A DNA stretch of 64,000 bases from Harriotta raleighana (lineage: Eukaryota), in NCBI GenBank assembly GCA_050575255.1, contig JBNZDD010013730.1, forward strand, positions 6,903,498 through 6,967,497. The letters are read 5' to 3'. Below are positions 25,001 to 38,298 of the stretch, in pieces. The notes below the pieces were generated by a model that searched no databases, had not been told where the DNA came from, and saw nothing but the letters and a program-made list of their open reading frames with translations. The first letter of the stretch is position 1. Each line of letters begins with the position of its first letter. A program made the position numbers and the translations under genes.

Positions 25001-25937
25001 TAGCAGCAACATTGCACAGAGTTTGGTGAGTATGGCTTTTTAAAAAAAAAGAAAATAGGTGGAGGTAGAAAAACAACATTGGAAGAAAATATATATTTTT
25101 TTGTTCCAGATTAAACTAATTCTTACAAATTGTGCCTCCATAATGGGCCAAATGCCTCACCCTCTCTGCATTTGATATTGACCACATTTTTGTCATATTG
25201 CTTGTTAATTACTTTCATTCTATCTACTGTAGTTGAATTAATTCCTTCCTTTTCCAGTGACAGATGAATATTTGCTTGTCTGACACCATATGCAGCAAAA
25301 TTAATTTTCCATGCTTCTTCTGTGACTGGCTGAATGTTTGCTTTTGTGTGTTGTCTAAATGGCAGCTGTTTCGAAAACCAGCTAAATATGTCCTAGCTGC
25401 CTCTGCAAACATCTGAATCCACCTGGTCTTTGCCTCAAACTGACTGCTGCGAGACCACCAACAAACAAACAACATTGTTGGTTTTCAACTCAATTCCATG
25501 GAGTTGAAAGTAAATGAAAACAACAAGACATAAATCACTCAGGGAACCAGCACACTGCTGAACTGGCGTTCCCAGCTTACTTCAAAAGTGCCTCAGTCAA
25601 GACATGTTCAACCTACACACGAGTAACTCACACAAGTATCCTGCTTGTATCACTGGACCTGCCAACAAGTTGTGGACATGAGCAGAATAAAAACAAATAG
25701 TAGAAAAGAAAATAATAGAAAAATAGTACAGCTAAAACACAATAAATGATGCGTAACACACAAGGAAAAGCTTCAGAGTTGTAGCTATTTAAAAAAGAGA
25801 ATGTAATGAGACTCAATTCCAATGATTTTTACAGTTAGAATCAGTTTTAAAATGTAATACTTGTTATACATAATTGTTATACTCATTATTAACTTTAAAA
25901 AAATGAAATAACAGGATCTCTGTTTAACTCTATCTGC

Positions 25938-25992
25938 ATCAGCGCCTTGGGACGTCCTCCTGACATGAAATGTGCTATAAAAGTGTAATTTT
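25938..25992 (+). mobile_element. L2 3' tail
   Basis: cagcgccttgggacgtcctcctgacatgaaatgtgctataaaagtgtaatttt. Confidence 0.8.
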
Positions 25993-27719
25993 CCGCCCAA
26001 TTCCATCTCTATGCAAGCTATAACACTATCTGTACATCACTGCCTATCAAACAGTTTAGTATGAGTTGCCTCAGACTGCTTCTCTTGACAAGGAAACTAT
26101 ATTAAACATCCGTTTTGAAACATAATTTCATGATTTTATTAGTGTCTCCAAAGACAGCTTTACAGAGATTGTCATGTCAAATTCATTAATTCTGAGATCT
26201 TCTTTGACAAGAGATTTGCATTCTGTTGAGTGCATTTTATTCTAAGCTTCATAGAATTTTTATTGGTAATTTATTGGTTGATTTAAAAAAAGCAATTAAA
26301 TATGGCAAATAGCTTATCAGCAGGTCCAGAATGTACAGTCAAAAGTAAAGAAAAACACTGCAGAATTGCTTTGACAGGCTCCAAAACAAACAACAATAGA
26401 TAGCATATTGTCAGCAGGAGAGATTAATTAAAAAGGGCTGTATTTGGCAGAGATTGGAGGCAATGACTTAATAGTTTGGGATTTGATTGTGGAACTTTTC
26501 GGAAGCCTATAAAGTGCCTTTAGCGTGTATTTTTTGACGGTCAGTTGCCTTGCTTGTTTTCGTCAACCATTCTGGGACTAGCCTACACACCTCAAAAGAT
26601 TTGCCAGAAGTAATTTTATTTCAGGCGTCTGGCAGTATTGTCAGGTAGAAGTGCAGTGGTTTCAATCAAAGTGTTCTTTCATGGGAATGTTTTTCAGGCC
26701 CAAGAGGTCAACTTGGATTGCTAAAATGGAGACTAGTTGTGCTGCAGCTACATTAAGCCCCAACAATTGACTTCATATTTAGTGAACAATAAGAGCAGAA
26801 GGAGCTTCATTATGTTATTTCAAACTGTGACAATTGAAAATTAAACCAATTCAAAGTGTGATCGTGAACTATAAAATACATTATATCCGTGGAGCGAGTT
26901 GTCACCTTCTTGTCAGTTTCTTGAAACGGTTAGGAACATTTGAAATTGATTTACCATCCTTCATCTCTCTGTCCATCTATTTATTTTGGACTTTAAAAAA
27001 ATATATATACTGTACAGTATATAAAATCAGAGAGAACTAATGATGGAATTACCATGTCTGACCTTGAGAGGGAGCTGAATTCACCTGAACAATTGACATG
27101 ACAAAATAAATCACTGAGGGTAATAGTCACATTTGCTGATAATTTGACTCTTTCTGTAGCTGATAAGAACCATAACTTCCCATTACACAATCATGGGCAT
27201 TTGGATTTGATTTTGAAATGCTATTAATTGGTTGCCTATCCTTATTCCAGCCAGGTCATTGTAATGTATTATTTATAAACTTTCAATCATTTCAAAATTG
27301 TCTGTTAATCAAAAAATATTTAAGCAACAAATGATTTCTAGTTATACTTTGGATTTTAGTGAGCTGCATATTAACTTACAAAGTCTGCAGCAACCTTTTG
27401 GACAACATGATCTTGAATTAGCCCATTCCTGACTGTTCAACACCATTAGAGAGACGCCCTCAAATGACTACATCATTCTTACAGCTTCACATAAAGATAT
27501 CAGTAGAAACAAGCAGAATGCAAACGTGAGCAATAAAGTCAGTCACTGAAACAAAATAAAACCACTTGTCATCCACCAACATTTAAATTCTAATACAGTA
27601 GTTGGTAAATTATGTCTGTTTGCTATTCCAGTGGAAAGAGGTTATCTTTGGTTGAAAAATGGAGTCTTGAAATGGTTGAAATGATTCTCTATATGAAAGA
27701 TTTTATTTGGGTAAAGTAG

Positions 27720-27935
27720 AAAGGGGGTTTAATCCTGGAAGCCAATAATAATCCCTTCAGGCTTTATTCAGTAAAATATTGCAGTGATCTCACCAGCAAT
27801 GAGCTCATTTCTCCCAATGCGCAATTGGCTGCCTTGTTTTGCCCATATGTATTCAGTTAATTCACTTTACAGTATATTCCATGAAGAGCTTTGAGACATC
27901 TAGAAGATGTGAAAAGGCTATATCAAATGCAAGGA
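27720..27935 (+). mobile_element. SINE with internal segment replaced by 64 bp of local DNA
   Basis: SINE-like gccaataataatccctt, then 27756-27819 identical to 28307-28370, then gcgcaattggctgcc...ctatatcaaatgcaaggat. Confidence 0.8.
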
Positions 27936-27944
27936 TCTCTTTGA

Positions 27945-28082
27945 CCACGCCTTTGGTTACCTTTCTCCCTCTGCCCCTGGCTGGTCCCCGGGACCCGCTA
28001 TTGTGAAGCGCTCTGGGACGCTGTCCGGAATGGAGGGCGCTAAATATAAATCAAAGTTGTTTTTGTTGTTGTTATTATTATA
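27945..28082 (+). mobile_element. L2 3' end
   Basis: gtgaagcgctctgggacgctgtccggaatggagggcgctaaatataaatcaaagttg with (gtt)n tail. Confidence 0.8.
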
Positions 28083-29067
28083 ACCAAGAGAGTAAGGATC
28101 CTCGTCAGCAATTATCCACACCATATAAGCAGTCATATTATAGGCATAGAAGTGGTCAACTTTTTCCACAAAAGCAGCTTGTCTTGAATAAGACAAGACT
28201 ATCTTACACCCAAAAGAAACCCCAAATAACTGGCACCCAACAAGTATAAATCATTGCAGATTTCTCTTTTCTGACAGTTGAATACCTCAATAAGAATAAG
28301 GCTTTATTCAGGCTTTATTCAGTAAAATATTGCAGTGATCTCACCAGCAATGAGCTCATTTCTCCCAATGTTTAATTATTCAGTCTTTCTTAAGATGAAA
28401 GCATTTATATAGTTATTTTAGCATGGGAAACTGCGTTTATTTTAGATGTAATGATCTCAACTGATTTAAATCTTTGACCTTTTACATTTCTGTTCCAAAT
28501 CATGACCAAATGACATTGCCTGCTGTACGTGCTGTTACACCAAGCACAACATGGGAGGGATGAGGGTTTGAGTTATATGGATTTCACCAGTTTAGTCTTT
28601 AGAGATTTACTTCAGATATGGTTTCATCAAGAAGTGAGATTCTCAAATTAATTTGCACTGTTTAATTTCTACATTTCACACAACCAGCTTTATATTCCAA
28701 GGACACTGGAGTTCACAGTTAGGGGACAGATTGTGCTAAACTGCAATAACAACACAGATTTATTTTATCCATTTTTATAAGTTATATTAAGCACAGCATT
28801 TATCACAAGCATTTGGACTCGCTTCCAAAGAAAGTGAAAGTAATCTCTTGAATAATTAGTACTGCAGTTTTAAGAGATATTCTTTTCCCAAAAGAATGTG
28901 GAAGAAAATAGGCAAATGAAACTAAGCTCTGAATTAAATCAATCCGCCTTTATGCAAACATATAATTGTCTCTTCCTTTATATCTCAGATAATCTTTACA
29001 TTGCAAACAAGTCCTCAGGTCAAAACGCTATCTTCCTCTACCACCTGCTTACTTTTAAGATAACCAA

Positions 29068-29135
29068 TTGAAGTGCTTTGAGACATCTCAAAGATGTGAT
29101 AAGGTGCTATATCAAATGCAAGCATTATAATTATT
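29068..29135 (+). mobile_element. SINE tail fragment
   Basis: tgaagtgctttgagacatctcaagatgtgataaggtgctatatcaaatgcaagcattat. Confidence 0.8.
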
Positions 29136-29264
29136 CTTATTATTACAAATTTAGGCAAAGCAAGGTTTACCTTTCCATTATTTGTGTGATTTATAGCAAC
29201 TAATGATTCTTTGTTTAATAAATGCAAATATCATTTACAGCCTATTCAGCTTCCCCCTGATGTT

Positions 29265-29460
29265 GACTCCCAAAGAAGATGGTTGAAGTAGGAAATGTTG
29301 GTTCTTTTAAACACAGATTAGTTCATTTTTATTCTGGAAATAACATTATGGGATATAGTACATAGGTAGTTTGGGACATATACGCATGTATCTGCCAGAA
29401 AGCAAACTGGATGGACCTCTGCTTTTTTTCATCCACCATTTCTTATGTTATATTCTTATG
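29265..29460 (+). mobile_element. Old CR1 3' end
   Basis: ctcccaaagaagatggttgaagta...tttaaacacagattag...actggatggacc...ttcttatgtt tail. Confidence 0.55.
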
Positions 29461-29629
29461 CTGTAGTTAGCATTGTTTGCTTTCAGTGAATATCACTATA
29501 ATATAATTACCAAATCAGGATATAAATATATACTGTAATAATGCTGTCAAATGCTGTCAGTCAAATGCTGGCAGTGTTAATATGGTCCCTTTTAGGTGTA
29601 CTATTGACTATAGTTCCATTACCTACAAT

Positions 29630-29801
29630 AAAAATGAGTCATTTTCAATTCATGACTGTTTGTGGGACACTGCTGTGCGCAATTGGCTGCCGGTTTTGCC
29701 CACAAATATACAGTCAATTCACTTTAGAGTATATTCTGTGAAGCGCTTTGAGACGTCGATAAGATGTGAAAAGCGCTATATCAAATGCAAGGATTATTAT
29801 T
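29630..29801 (+). mobile_element. SINE 3' half, well preserved
   Basis: gactgtttgtgggacactgctgtgcgcaattggctgcc...aagcgctatatcaaatgcaaggattattatt. Confidence 0.92.
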
Positions 29802-30091
29802 AGAAAAAAAAAATTCAAGAGTCTGCTCCCAATTTATCTGTTCCATTACTTCACTGGTATCCAGCATGTTTATTGTTAATGGTGTTGCTAATGGCTAATT
29901 ATTTCATCTGCTGCTCATTGCTTTCAAATCTTCTTTCTATTATCATTAAAAGGACAGAGAGCAAAGCAAATGGGATAGTCTGGTGTTTGATTATGTTTAA
30001 CAGAGTAAGTTGTTCTATATGAATGAAGTCTTCAAAAGGAAACATAATTTAAAGCTTCTTTCTTCAAGTATGTTGCATAATTTACATTTCC

Positions 30092-30152
30092 AAACAACAA
30101 CCAAAAAATTATATTTATAGAGCGCCTTCCACGTCATGAGGATGCCCCAAGG
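30092..30152 (-). mobile_element. L2 3' tail
   Basis: aacaacaaccaaaaaattatatttatagagcgccttccacgtcatgaggatgccccaagg. Confidence 0.8.
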
Positions 30153-31308
30153 TGTTGAAGAACAAGAATAAACCTTGCAATTTGATATAGTTAGTGCCTT
30201 ATTATTGAAACACATCATACAATATCAGTTTTTTAATTGATAGTATAGTCAAATAGGCAAATTTGTAGGAAGATATGGTGATCGATTTGCACACAGCAAT
30301 ATAGCACAAGCCATTTCTCAAAGTGCTAAGAGGGAGTGACCAATTTTATTTGGAGGCCTGATCAGCCAGAGAAACAGATACGTAAATATATTTTCTGTGA
30401 GGTGATCATAATGATCCTGTGACATTATCACTCGCAAACATTTACTGTGGATGACCTGGCTGGTAATGGCATGCATATTGTGTGTATAGCATGATAATGT
30501 ACAAATAGAGAATGTAATGCAGGTTTTGCTTTGTTCATGTTCTCCAAAAATAGAGGGATTCATCATCATGTGAGGATTATTATTACAACAGCTTTGAAGT
30601 GAAAAATCTGACATTTCATGTCCAAGTTTGTTGTCAGAAAAAAAAGTAATCACATACAATCCGTTATGAAATGTCGCATTTTCTAGACCCTTTTTATTTT
30701 TCTTGAAGATGTGGCCGACATAATAACAAAACACCCACTTTTAAAATACTGTCAAACAATTTGAATGCACAAAGCATACATCTTAAAAATAGGGTATCCT
30801 GTATTATTGAGGATGATGCTTTTTTTTAAATAGTTAATGCAATTCAATTCTGTTTGAGTAAACTGAGAATTTTTACTAAACAAAATTCTACTTGTAGTTT
30901 CACTTATTATTCAAGTATCGTAAAATATCCATATGGTACAAAAAATATCTTACAGCTATTATCTGTCAGAGGCTATCTAGTTTCAAAAGAAATTAAAGAA
31001 ATGTCTAAAAGAAAGAGACTGCATTCAATGGAATAAAATCAGCTGCACATGCAGAATGCTTTCCAACTCGATGTACGCAGATTCTGTTGAGGGTCTTTTA
31101 GGAGCTTTGAGTCCTTCATTCTCCTTATCCATGGATACTGCACCTAAACATCTCTCAAACTCTGCAGGATAAGGGCAGAATTAGGCTCCACTGAAGTGCC
31201 TCCCATAACAGTTGTTTAAGTTGACAGAAGCAAAATAGTTTCTTGGGTTAAGGTATTGATAATCACAGACACCATTGAAATATTCTCCATCATATATTAT
31301 GAATACTG

Positions 31309-31495
31309 TAATAATAAATAATGCTTGCTTTTGATAGAATGCCTTATAATGTTGCAGAGACATCTCAAAGCTTCACTGGACATACTACAAAGTGGAATGA
31401 CTGTGTATTTTGGGGTGAAACACTGCAGGCAATTGCGCTCAGCAATATCCCACAAACAGCCATGGAGTGAGTGACCAATTTTATTTGGTGGATTG
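31309..31495 (-). mobile_element. SINE 3' half (older variant)
   Basis: taataataaataatgcttgc tail; caattgcgctcagcaatatcccacaaacagccatggagtgagtgaccaa core. Confidence 0.8.
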
Positions 31496-31499
31496 TTCT

Positions 31500-31620
31500 G
31501 CCACATTTCACTCACAAAATATACGGTCAATTCACTTTAAAGTATATTCCATGAAGCACATTGAGATATCTCGAAGACATGATAAGAAGCTATATCAAAG
31601 GAAAGGATTATTATTATTAT
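31500..31620 (+). mobile_element. SINE 3' fragment
   Basis: cacaaaatatacggtcaattcacttta...ggattattattattat. Confidence 0.85.
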
Positions 31621-31920
31621 GTGGAGTCCTGTAGCTCAGTGATTAGAGCACTCGCCTTACAACTGTGAGACCTGTGTTCGAATCCACGCAGGTCAGGGCA
31701 AGTTTCCTTACTCCACAGGCCTAATAATAATCCCTTTAAAAAAAAAAAAATTGGTCGTTTCAATCCACGACTATTTGTGGGACACTGCTGTGCCCAATTG
31801 GCTACTGCGTTTTGCTCACAAACATAGTCATTTCACTTTACAGTATATTCTGTAAGGCGCTTTGAGACGTCTAGAAGACGTGAAAAGCGCTATATCGAAT
31901 GCAAGGATTATTATTATTAT
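31621..31920 (+). mobile_element. Full-length tRNA-Deu-L2 SINE (SINE2-1_CM-like)
   Basis: tRNA-like head with A box tagctcagtgattag and B box gttcgaatcc, Deu-like core, L2-like tail gtgaaaagcgctatat and (att)n. Confidence 0.93.
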
Positions 31921-34189
31921 CCTCATTTGTTGGCCAGGACACCAACATACAGTATTATCAGTGCTGCTTTATTATTGCATCCATTTCATGACAAGCCAGA
32001 TTCCTGAGAGTACTTTCTCCCAATGAAGTGCAGGATAATTTTCTGAAATACTGTACAAGGTAATGAATGTAACCATATGACTAATTACCAGTGGATGGAA
32101 AAAATGTGGAAGAATGAGGCATTGCAGTAAATGGTGTATGGTTATTGTTAAGCACCTAGATTTCATGATATCAGTCTCCAAAGAGATTCTTAGCACAAAG
32201 CTGGCCCCAACATAAAACATTGTGTTATGAAACTCTACATTTCACCTGCTGGATAATTTGACATTTGATTCATATTCAAATTCTCAAATTCCTTCAGTGT
32301 TTTATCCAGAAGTGCCATTTGAATATAGAAGTAGAAATGTGTTTGCTTGTGTTCTGACTGCTAACACAGCCTGAGGACAAAGTATTTACAAACCGGTTGG
32401 ATTGACATATGCGAACTGACCTAAAATTGACAAGTTGATCATTGGAAATGGGATCCGGAAGCTTTTAAATGTATACCATTACAATAAATGGTACTCCTTG
32501 TGTTACAGAACCTCATCAGCTGTCTGGGTTGAGCAAAGGCAGGCATTATATCTGGAGGGGAGGAAAATTGGAGGGGAATTCAGCACATACTGAACATGCA
32601 CACTACATTGAAGCCAATTTTGGACCAACCTTGGCAGAGGTCCAGCAGTCTCCTACTCGATCATCCATCCAATATTCTTATTCTATTCCAGCATAGTGAG
32701 CAGCCAGATCAGGAGAAATATGATCATGCAATATAGTGAAAGGGAAGAGAATACAGATTTTAATCATCTCAATTTTCATACTTTTGGAAACGCCCAAATG
32801 TTTTTTTTTGGCAGATCTTGAAATTTCCCTGGAGAATGAAACAGCACATACTGCTTGACTTTTGATTTAAATTTTTTGCCTGTTGTTAATGGAAACCAGC
32901 AAATGAAATAAACGTGTCAGCGATTTTCATACTTGCAGTAGTCAGTTTATAGAGAAGGGGAGGAATAGGTTAGTGGGGCAAGGCTTTCTAAAATGTTAAA
33001 GGAATATGTTTGAAGTTTGAAGTTTGTTCATCTGCTGAATGAACAGGAAATCCCAATGATCATCACAGTACCGTAATGTTGTAGTGAGTACTTAAAAGAT
33101 TTGAAATGAATGCGTTTGAATTATTACTGCCAGGCCTACGGTATTTAGTTTGGATGATTTACTATGATTTGGATCAAATGTTACTACTGAAACCAAGTTT
33201 TGGCTTGGTAGAACACTTTAGACTTACTTTTGGTGTCCCTGAGTTTGAGAAAGCAAAACATATTCTAAAAAAACACTTCAATGTTGAGATTGTTTTATTT
33301 TTAAGCACACACTTAGGGTTAGGTATGAAACATATTGCAAAACAGTTTTTGCCAAAAATAAAGAACATCTCCCCTTACCTGAACTGTTAGCTTTCTCCTC
33401 CATGTCACTGTACATGGTATGAATCTTTCAGTTTGTTCTCAGTTGAGGAGGGAAGTAATTAACAATGGCATTTTCCATGCGAAGCTTGGGTGCTTTGAAC
33501 AGTTTCTATTCTAAAGCGAGCTCGGGTCTCAGGTCATGTATGACTTATGCGATTAAATGATTGATAAAGATAAGACATAATCTATTCTGTGTTTTCCTAA
33601 TTTCCATCAGTTTGTGCAGGTTTCACCATCCCTATTGTTCCACTTTCCTGTCCAGAAATCAGATGAACAGACTTCTTTATTCCATTCCATATACAGTATC
33701 TTATTTTATTGCAACAACCACAAGAGTTAGCTCTAAATACTGGATATTCTGTCACAGCAGCTATTTTGGCTATCACAGTGGATTTGATCATTGATCTGAG
33801 ACTACTAACTGAAACTCAGCACTTGTTGCCAAGAATCTTTACTGTGGAATCCAAATTATATATGGCTTGTGTAGATTGTGGTTTCAAACTAAACGCCATT
33901 CAAATCATTATATGACCTGTATAATTGATCATTCAGAAATTCAAGCTAAACAAAACAGCAGACGTTTCAAAATCATTGGAAGCTATTTGGTGCAGGATAG
34001 TGCCTTTTAAATGTTACATGTGGACTGTTACATGTGATCTAGAGATGTCTTGGATTTTAAACAACAGGAATCAATGGGAATTGATTTGATTCATTGAAAT
34101 TCTGTGTAAGGTCCGGAATCGTTTATCTGCAATTATCTAAGTCCAAGAGGTAAACTACTTTCACTGAAATGTATTCTATCCTAAATGAA

Positions 34190-34390
34190 GTGAATTCAGC
34201 CAGTCAATGCAGCAATTAGAGCGTTCAACAACTTTGCAGCGCTTGGTTAGCGAGGATGAAATTAGCCAAGGTTCCCAGACCTGACCACGAACAAGAAAGT
34301 TGTACTTCAAGTGAAAGATCTTCAGAATATTGGGTGAAGAAAGAAAAAAACAATGATCTTGGCCGTGTCAGTTGTCTCCCATGCTTAAAT
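34190..34390 (+). mobile_element. Ancient SINE-like element, 5' part (continues at 34991-35120)
   Basis: aaattagccaaggttccc...attgggtgaag... resembles a recalled shark SINE-like repeat; related pieces at 36005-36185 and 49510-49790. Confidence 0.45.
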
Positions 34391-34394
34391 AAGA

Positions 34395-34990
34395 ACAGGA
34401 GTACACTTGTATAGTGCCTTTCATGTCAGGAAGACGTCACAAGCCGCTGGACAGTCAATCTTTCAGACCCGAGCTGGGTTTGGGAACGGAGAAAGTGGAG
34501 GGAAAGGAGGGGATTTGGACTGACTGATGGGATCGTTGGAGAAGAGGGTCTTGAGGTGAGACTTGAAAGAGACCAGGGAGGGGGGCGAGGCAGAGGGATT
34601 ACGGGATGGAATTCCAGGTTAGGGGCTGAATGGCTGAAGGCTTGCCCGCCGCTGGTGGGGCGGGTGGGTCAGTGGACAAGGAGCAGGCCAGAGCATCCTG
34701 AGCTGAAGGGACGGGCAGGTTGGTAGGGGGTAAAGAGGTCACAGAGTAGGGTGGGGAGAGGCCATAGGAGGCTTTGAAGGTGAGGACCAGGATCTTGAAT
34801 TGAATGCTCTGGGTGATGGGAAGTCAATGGAGTCAGGTGCGAATGGTGGAGATGGGGTCATGGAGCTTGGAGTGGTAAGGGACAGGGGCTGCAGAATTTT
34901 GGATTATCTGTAGCCTATGGAGGGAGGAGTTGGGAAGACCGACAAGCAAGGCATTGGAGCTGTCGAGCCTGGATGTGATGAAGGCAGCGA
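34395..34990 (-). mobile_element. L2 LINE 3' fragment including ORF2 C-terminus
   Basis: Translates AFITSRLDSSNALLVGLPNSSLHRLQIIQNSAA (L2 SRLDYCNxLLxGLP...LQxxQNxAAR motif), then 3' UTR and tail. Confidence 0.93.
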
Positions 34991-35189
34991 TTAAACACAC
35001 TAATACTTGCTTGGACAAGAAAAATAGCCACTTGGGCAGGCACCACAGGGCACCTGGCAAATTGTATCCCAGTAGAAAGAAACATAAGTCAAATGCCATC
35101 GGAGAGAAGTTAGGGAGGTGGGAGCAATTGGTTTTCTTCTATTTGTTTTATCACTGTGTAATGCTCTCTGTCCACATAATACTGTAAGC

Positions 35190-35380
35190 CCTAAAAAAAA
35201 AATTGGTCATTTCAATCCACGACTGTTTGTGGAACACTGCTGTTCACAATTGGCTGCTGCATTTCACCCACACATAACCAGTCAATTCACTTTACAGTAT
35301 ATTCTTTGAAGTACTTTGAGACATCTAGAAAATGTGAAAAGCGCTATATCAAATGCAAGGATGATTATTATTATTATTAT
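35190..35380 (+). mobile_element. SINE 3' two-thirds
   Basis: aaaaattggtcatttcaatccacgactgtttgtgg...aagcgctatatcaaatgcaagg(att)n. Confidence 0.92.
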
Positions 35381-36004
35381 ACATTGGAGTCCTGTTACAA
35401 TTTTACAGCCACTTCGAATACTACATTATACCCTACAAAGAGGTCACAAAGAAAACACTTATTTCAGAACATGTGCTTTTCTTCACAACAGAAGGAAATT
35501 ATTGACAGGTCCTGTAGTCCCATCCATCTTTTTTCTATTGCCTGAGTGGTAGCTGTCAACATGAGAAGAATCTTGGTGACATTCGAGGATTCCAGAGCTA
35601 AATGATTTTGCAAAGAAAGATTATCCATAGAGGTAATTAATCTTTGTGGTTGAAGGGATGGTATAATACTCAGAGGAATACAGGGTGTTCTAAATTCAGA
35701 TGTGTTGAATCATTGACTGACAATTATATATCGGGCTGATGAATCATTTCATGTGAAGGCGGTTTGTCAATTGACTGTTTTTTGATGTACCGCATTTTAA
35801 TTTAACAAATGATAATTTGGGAGCTTGCTGTCTATTGGAGCTAGCAACATGAGCTCTCTGCATGGTGATCGCTGGAAGCAAAAACAGACGAAGATGTGTT
35901 TTCACAGATTCAGATTTTGCCCTGCTGGAAACATTTGTTGGTTTCAGTTCTTCCAATTTTTTTCTCTCTGTTCACTACCTACCCATCAACGTCTGCTGCT
36001 TGTA

Positions 36005-36185
36005 TGGACGCCATGGGAGGATAGGATTGAATCGGATTCAGTTCTGTTGGCCCCACAGACATTGGTTTGGTGTTGTACAGGCTCCTAAACAAATCAATTT
36101 GGTGATGTATTGGAGAGCAGTGAGTAGATGATGCACCGATGACCCCAGCAAATGTCAGCACTTTCAGGAGAGAAAATTGGGAAAA
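36005..36185 (+). mobile_element. Ancient SINE-like element 3' part
   Basis: gggaggataggatt...accccagcaaatgtcagcactttcaggagagaaaattgg; similar to 34330-34390 and 34991-35120. Confidence 0.45.
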
Positions 36186-38298
36186 CTTTTGTACGAGTTA
36201 GTGAGGCAGCCAGTGCAAAGGGAGCTGGATTATCACACACAACTACAATGACTAAACCATTGCAGCTTCCTGCCTCAATAATTGAGTGTGTGAATAAAGA
36301 CTCAGATTTCTCACACTGTTGCACTCATTAACAGCCAATTTAATTTGCCTGATCATGGCATCAGGTCACAGTGTGCAGCCAAATACCAAAGCAAAACAGT
36401 AAAAATCAAAAGAAATTAACATTGCTGATTATTCTTTGAAATTATTTGAGATTTCAACAGATGACAACTGAAAAGGGGCAGTGCTAGCTGTACTTGCATT
36501 TAAAACAACATGCAAACAGTGTACAAATGAACCTACAATAGGAATTTCAAGATACCTGATGCACTGGTCTGACTAAAATTGGTTAAATGACTGACGCTTA
36601 GCTCAGGAAAGGGAATCTCAACACTTACAATGTGGATTCCTGGTTTAGCTCATCAGACAGTATAGCCCTAGTTTCATATTACAAGCTTAATAATGATAAA
36701 TCATTGTCAAACAGAAATGAAATTCCATAGATTAATAATTGTAATTGTGAAAAATAGATATGACTTGTGATACAATATTTTGAAATCAAGAAGATAACTC
36801 TTTCGCTGCAATTTACCTAGGAAATTTTGCTGTAGGAACATTTTGTTAAGTCCAAGCAAAATCAAATGAAGCTGTTTGGTAATTACAATGCCATACAAAT
36901 AGACATCTAGGACCAATTTTGTGCTAAGTCTTTAAATAAGCAATCTGGAAATACATGAAGCTAACTTGTGGAAATATACTGCTCTAATCAATCTACTATC
37001 AGAAGGACCTGTGTACATATCTTCCAGCTATGAGGAGTCCCATTCAGCTGCTCAGATTTCTTAATTAAGAAATCCATTAAGTAATAATGCAAACTGGAAC
37101 CCAGGATTTTATTTTGGTAACCGTCTTCACGGAAGTTTTATAAAACATTCACTTTGTGATCGTCTCGGTTAAAAAAAAATCACTTTGCGATATTCCACTT
37201 GGAGTTTAAAAGCTTATTTTGAGGCACAAGAGATTGTTTGCTAGTACCAAGGTGAATGATAAATAGCTGAGCTGAGTAGATAAGATCATTATATTGGGTT
37301 TGGAATGTAACCCTGAAATATTTCAGAATATCGTTGCATCAATGAACATTAATTCTTCTTAAGATAAGTTCAATATAAAAATATATTTACAATAAACTGC
37401 AGAGAAACAATCTTTACTCTCAACATTTCTCCTGCCTTTTGTTTGGCCATCCATCTAAGCCTGTTATTTAGCACTCTCATTTCAAATAATTATACTTCTC
37501 GATTTGCTTTTACATAACTAGTTAGAAGGCAGATATCTTTTTTGCAATGTAGGCCATGTGCCATTGTGAATGCACAAGAGTATTGGACTCTCCTACTACT
37601 GTATATAGATATTTTAGTCTAGTATCTGCCACAAATACAAAAGATAGAAAAGACTAGCTCATCACTAGCTAGCAAATTATAGTATCTCTGACACATCCCA
37701 AATTGATCAGGGAGGCAGCAACATTCAATTTTGAGATAACAGAATCGCAAACCAGGAAAATAGTAACTTTCAGGAATGCCTGATAAATTTTAAAGCACAA
37801 AATCTTCTAAGAGGACTTTTATCCCACCTGAAGGCTCATCCTTAAGCCATCATCTTCCTGACTTGCTCATGCACTGATGCTCTGCACCATGTTATGGAAG
37901 GTAATGATTTGAGCTGTCTTCTAGTTTTCCACCTATATAAAGCTGGGACAATTTAACAGTGGATATGTGCTTTTCAATATGAAACAATAAAAGTTTGACA
38001 TTTATCAATGATTTAAATGCCTCACAAAGAAAGATGTTTCAGAAAATCATTTGGTGATTTTGAGAGGCTCTGTCATGGTTGTGGATAAAGCAATTATTCA
38101 AAGGCAGCAGCCAATACATTATAACAGGGCATTCTGAAATTCACAGCTTCTTATTGATTCAAAGTGCGGAACTCTTATCTTAATGATCTTCTGAGGGAGA
38201 TCTCAAAAACCCAATTACTTACTTATTGATTACAACTAGAACGGTCACAATTTGTCCTGTCCAATTAAGAGAAAGGTGAATGAGAAGCCAATAGTGCG

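Noticed and set aside
25483-25509. 9-bp stem tttcaactc / gagttgaaa
   Set aside because: Too short to separate from chance or an old MITE centre.
31621-31695. tRNA-like sequence with A and B boxes
   Set aside because: It is the SINE head, continuous with SINE body and tail; same for 45150-45221, 59940-60015 and 62285-62320.
35983-36160. Apparent minus-strand coding exon with acceptor and donor
   Set aside because: Overlaps the antisense strand of an old SINE-like repeat that supplies the pyrimidine tract; peptide unrecognised.
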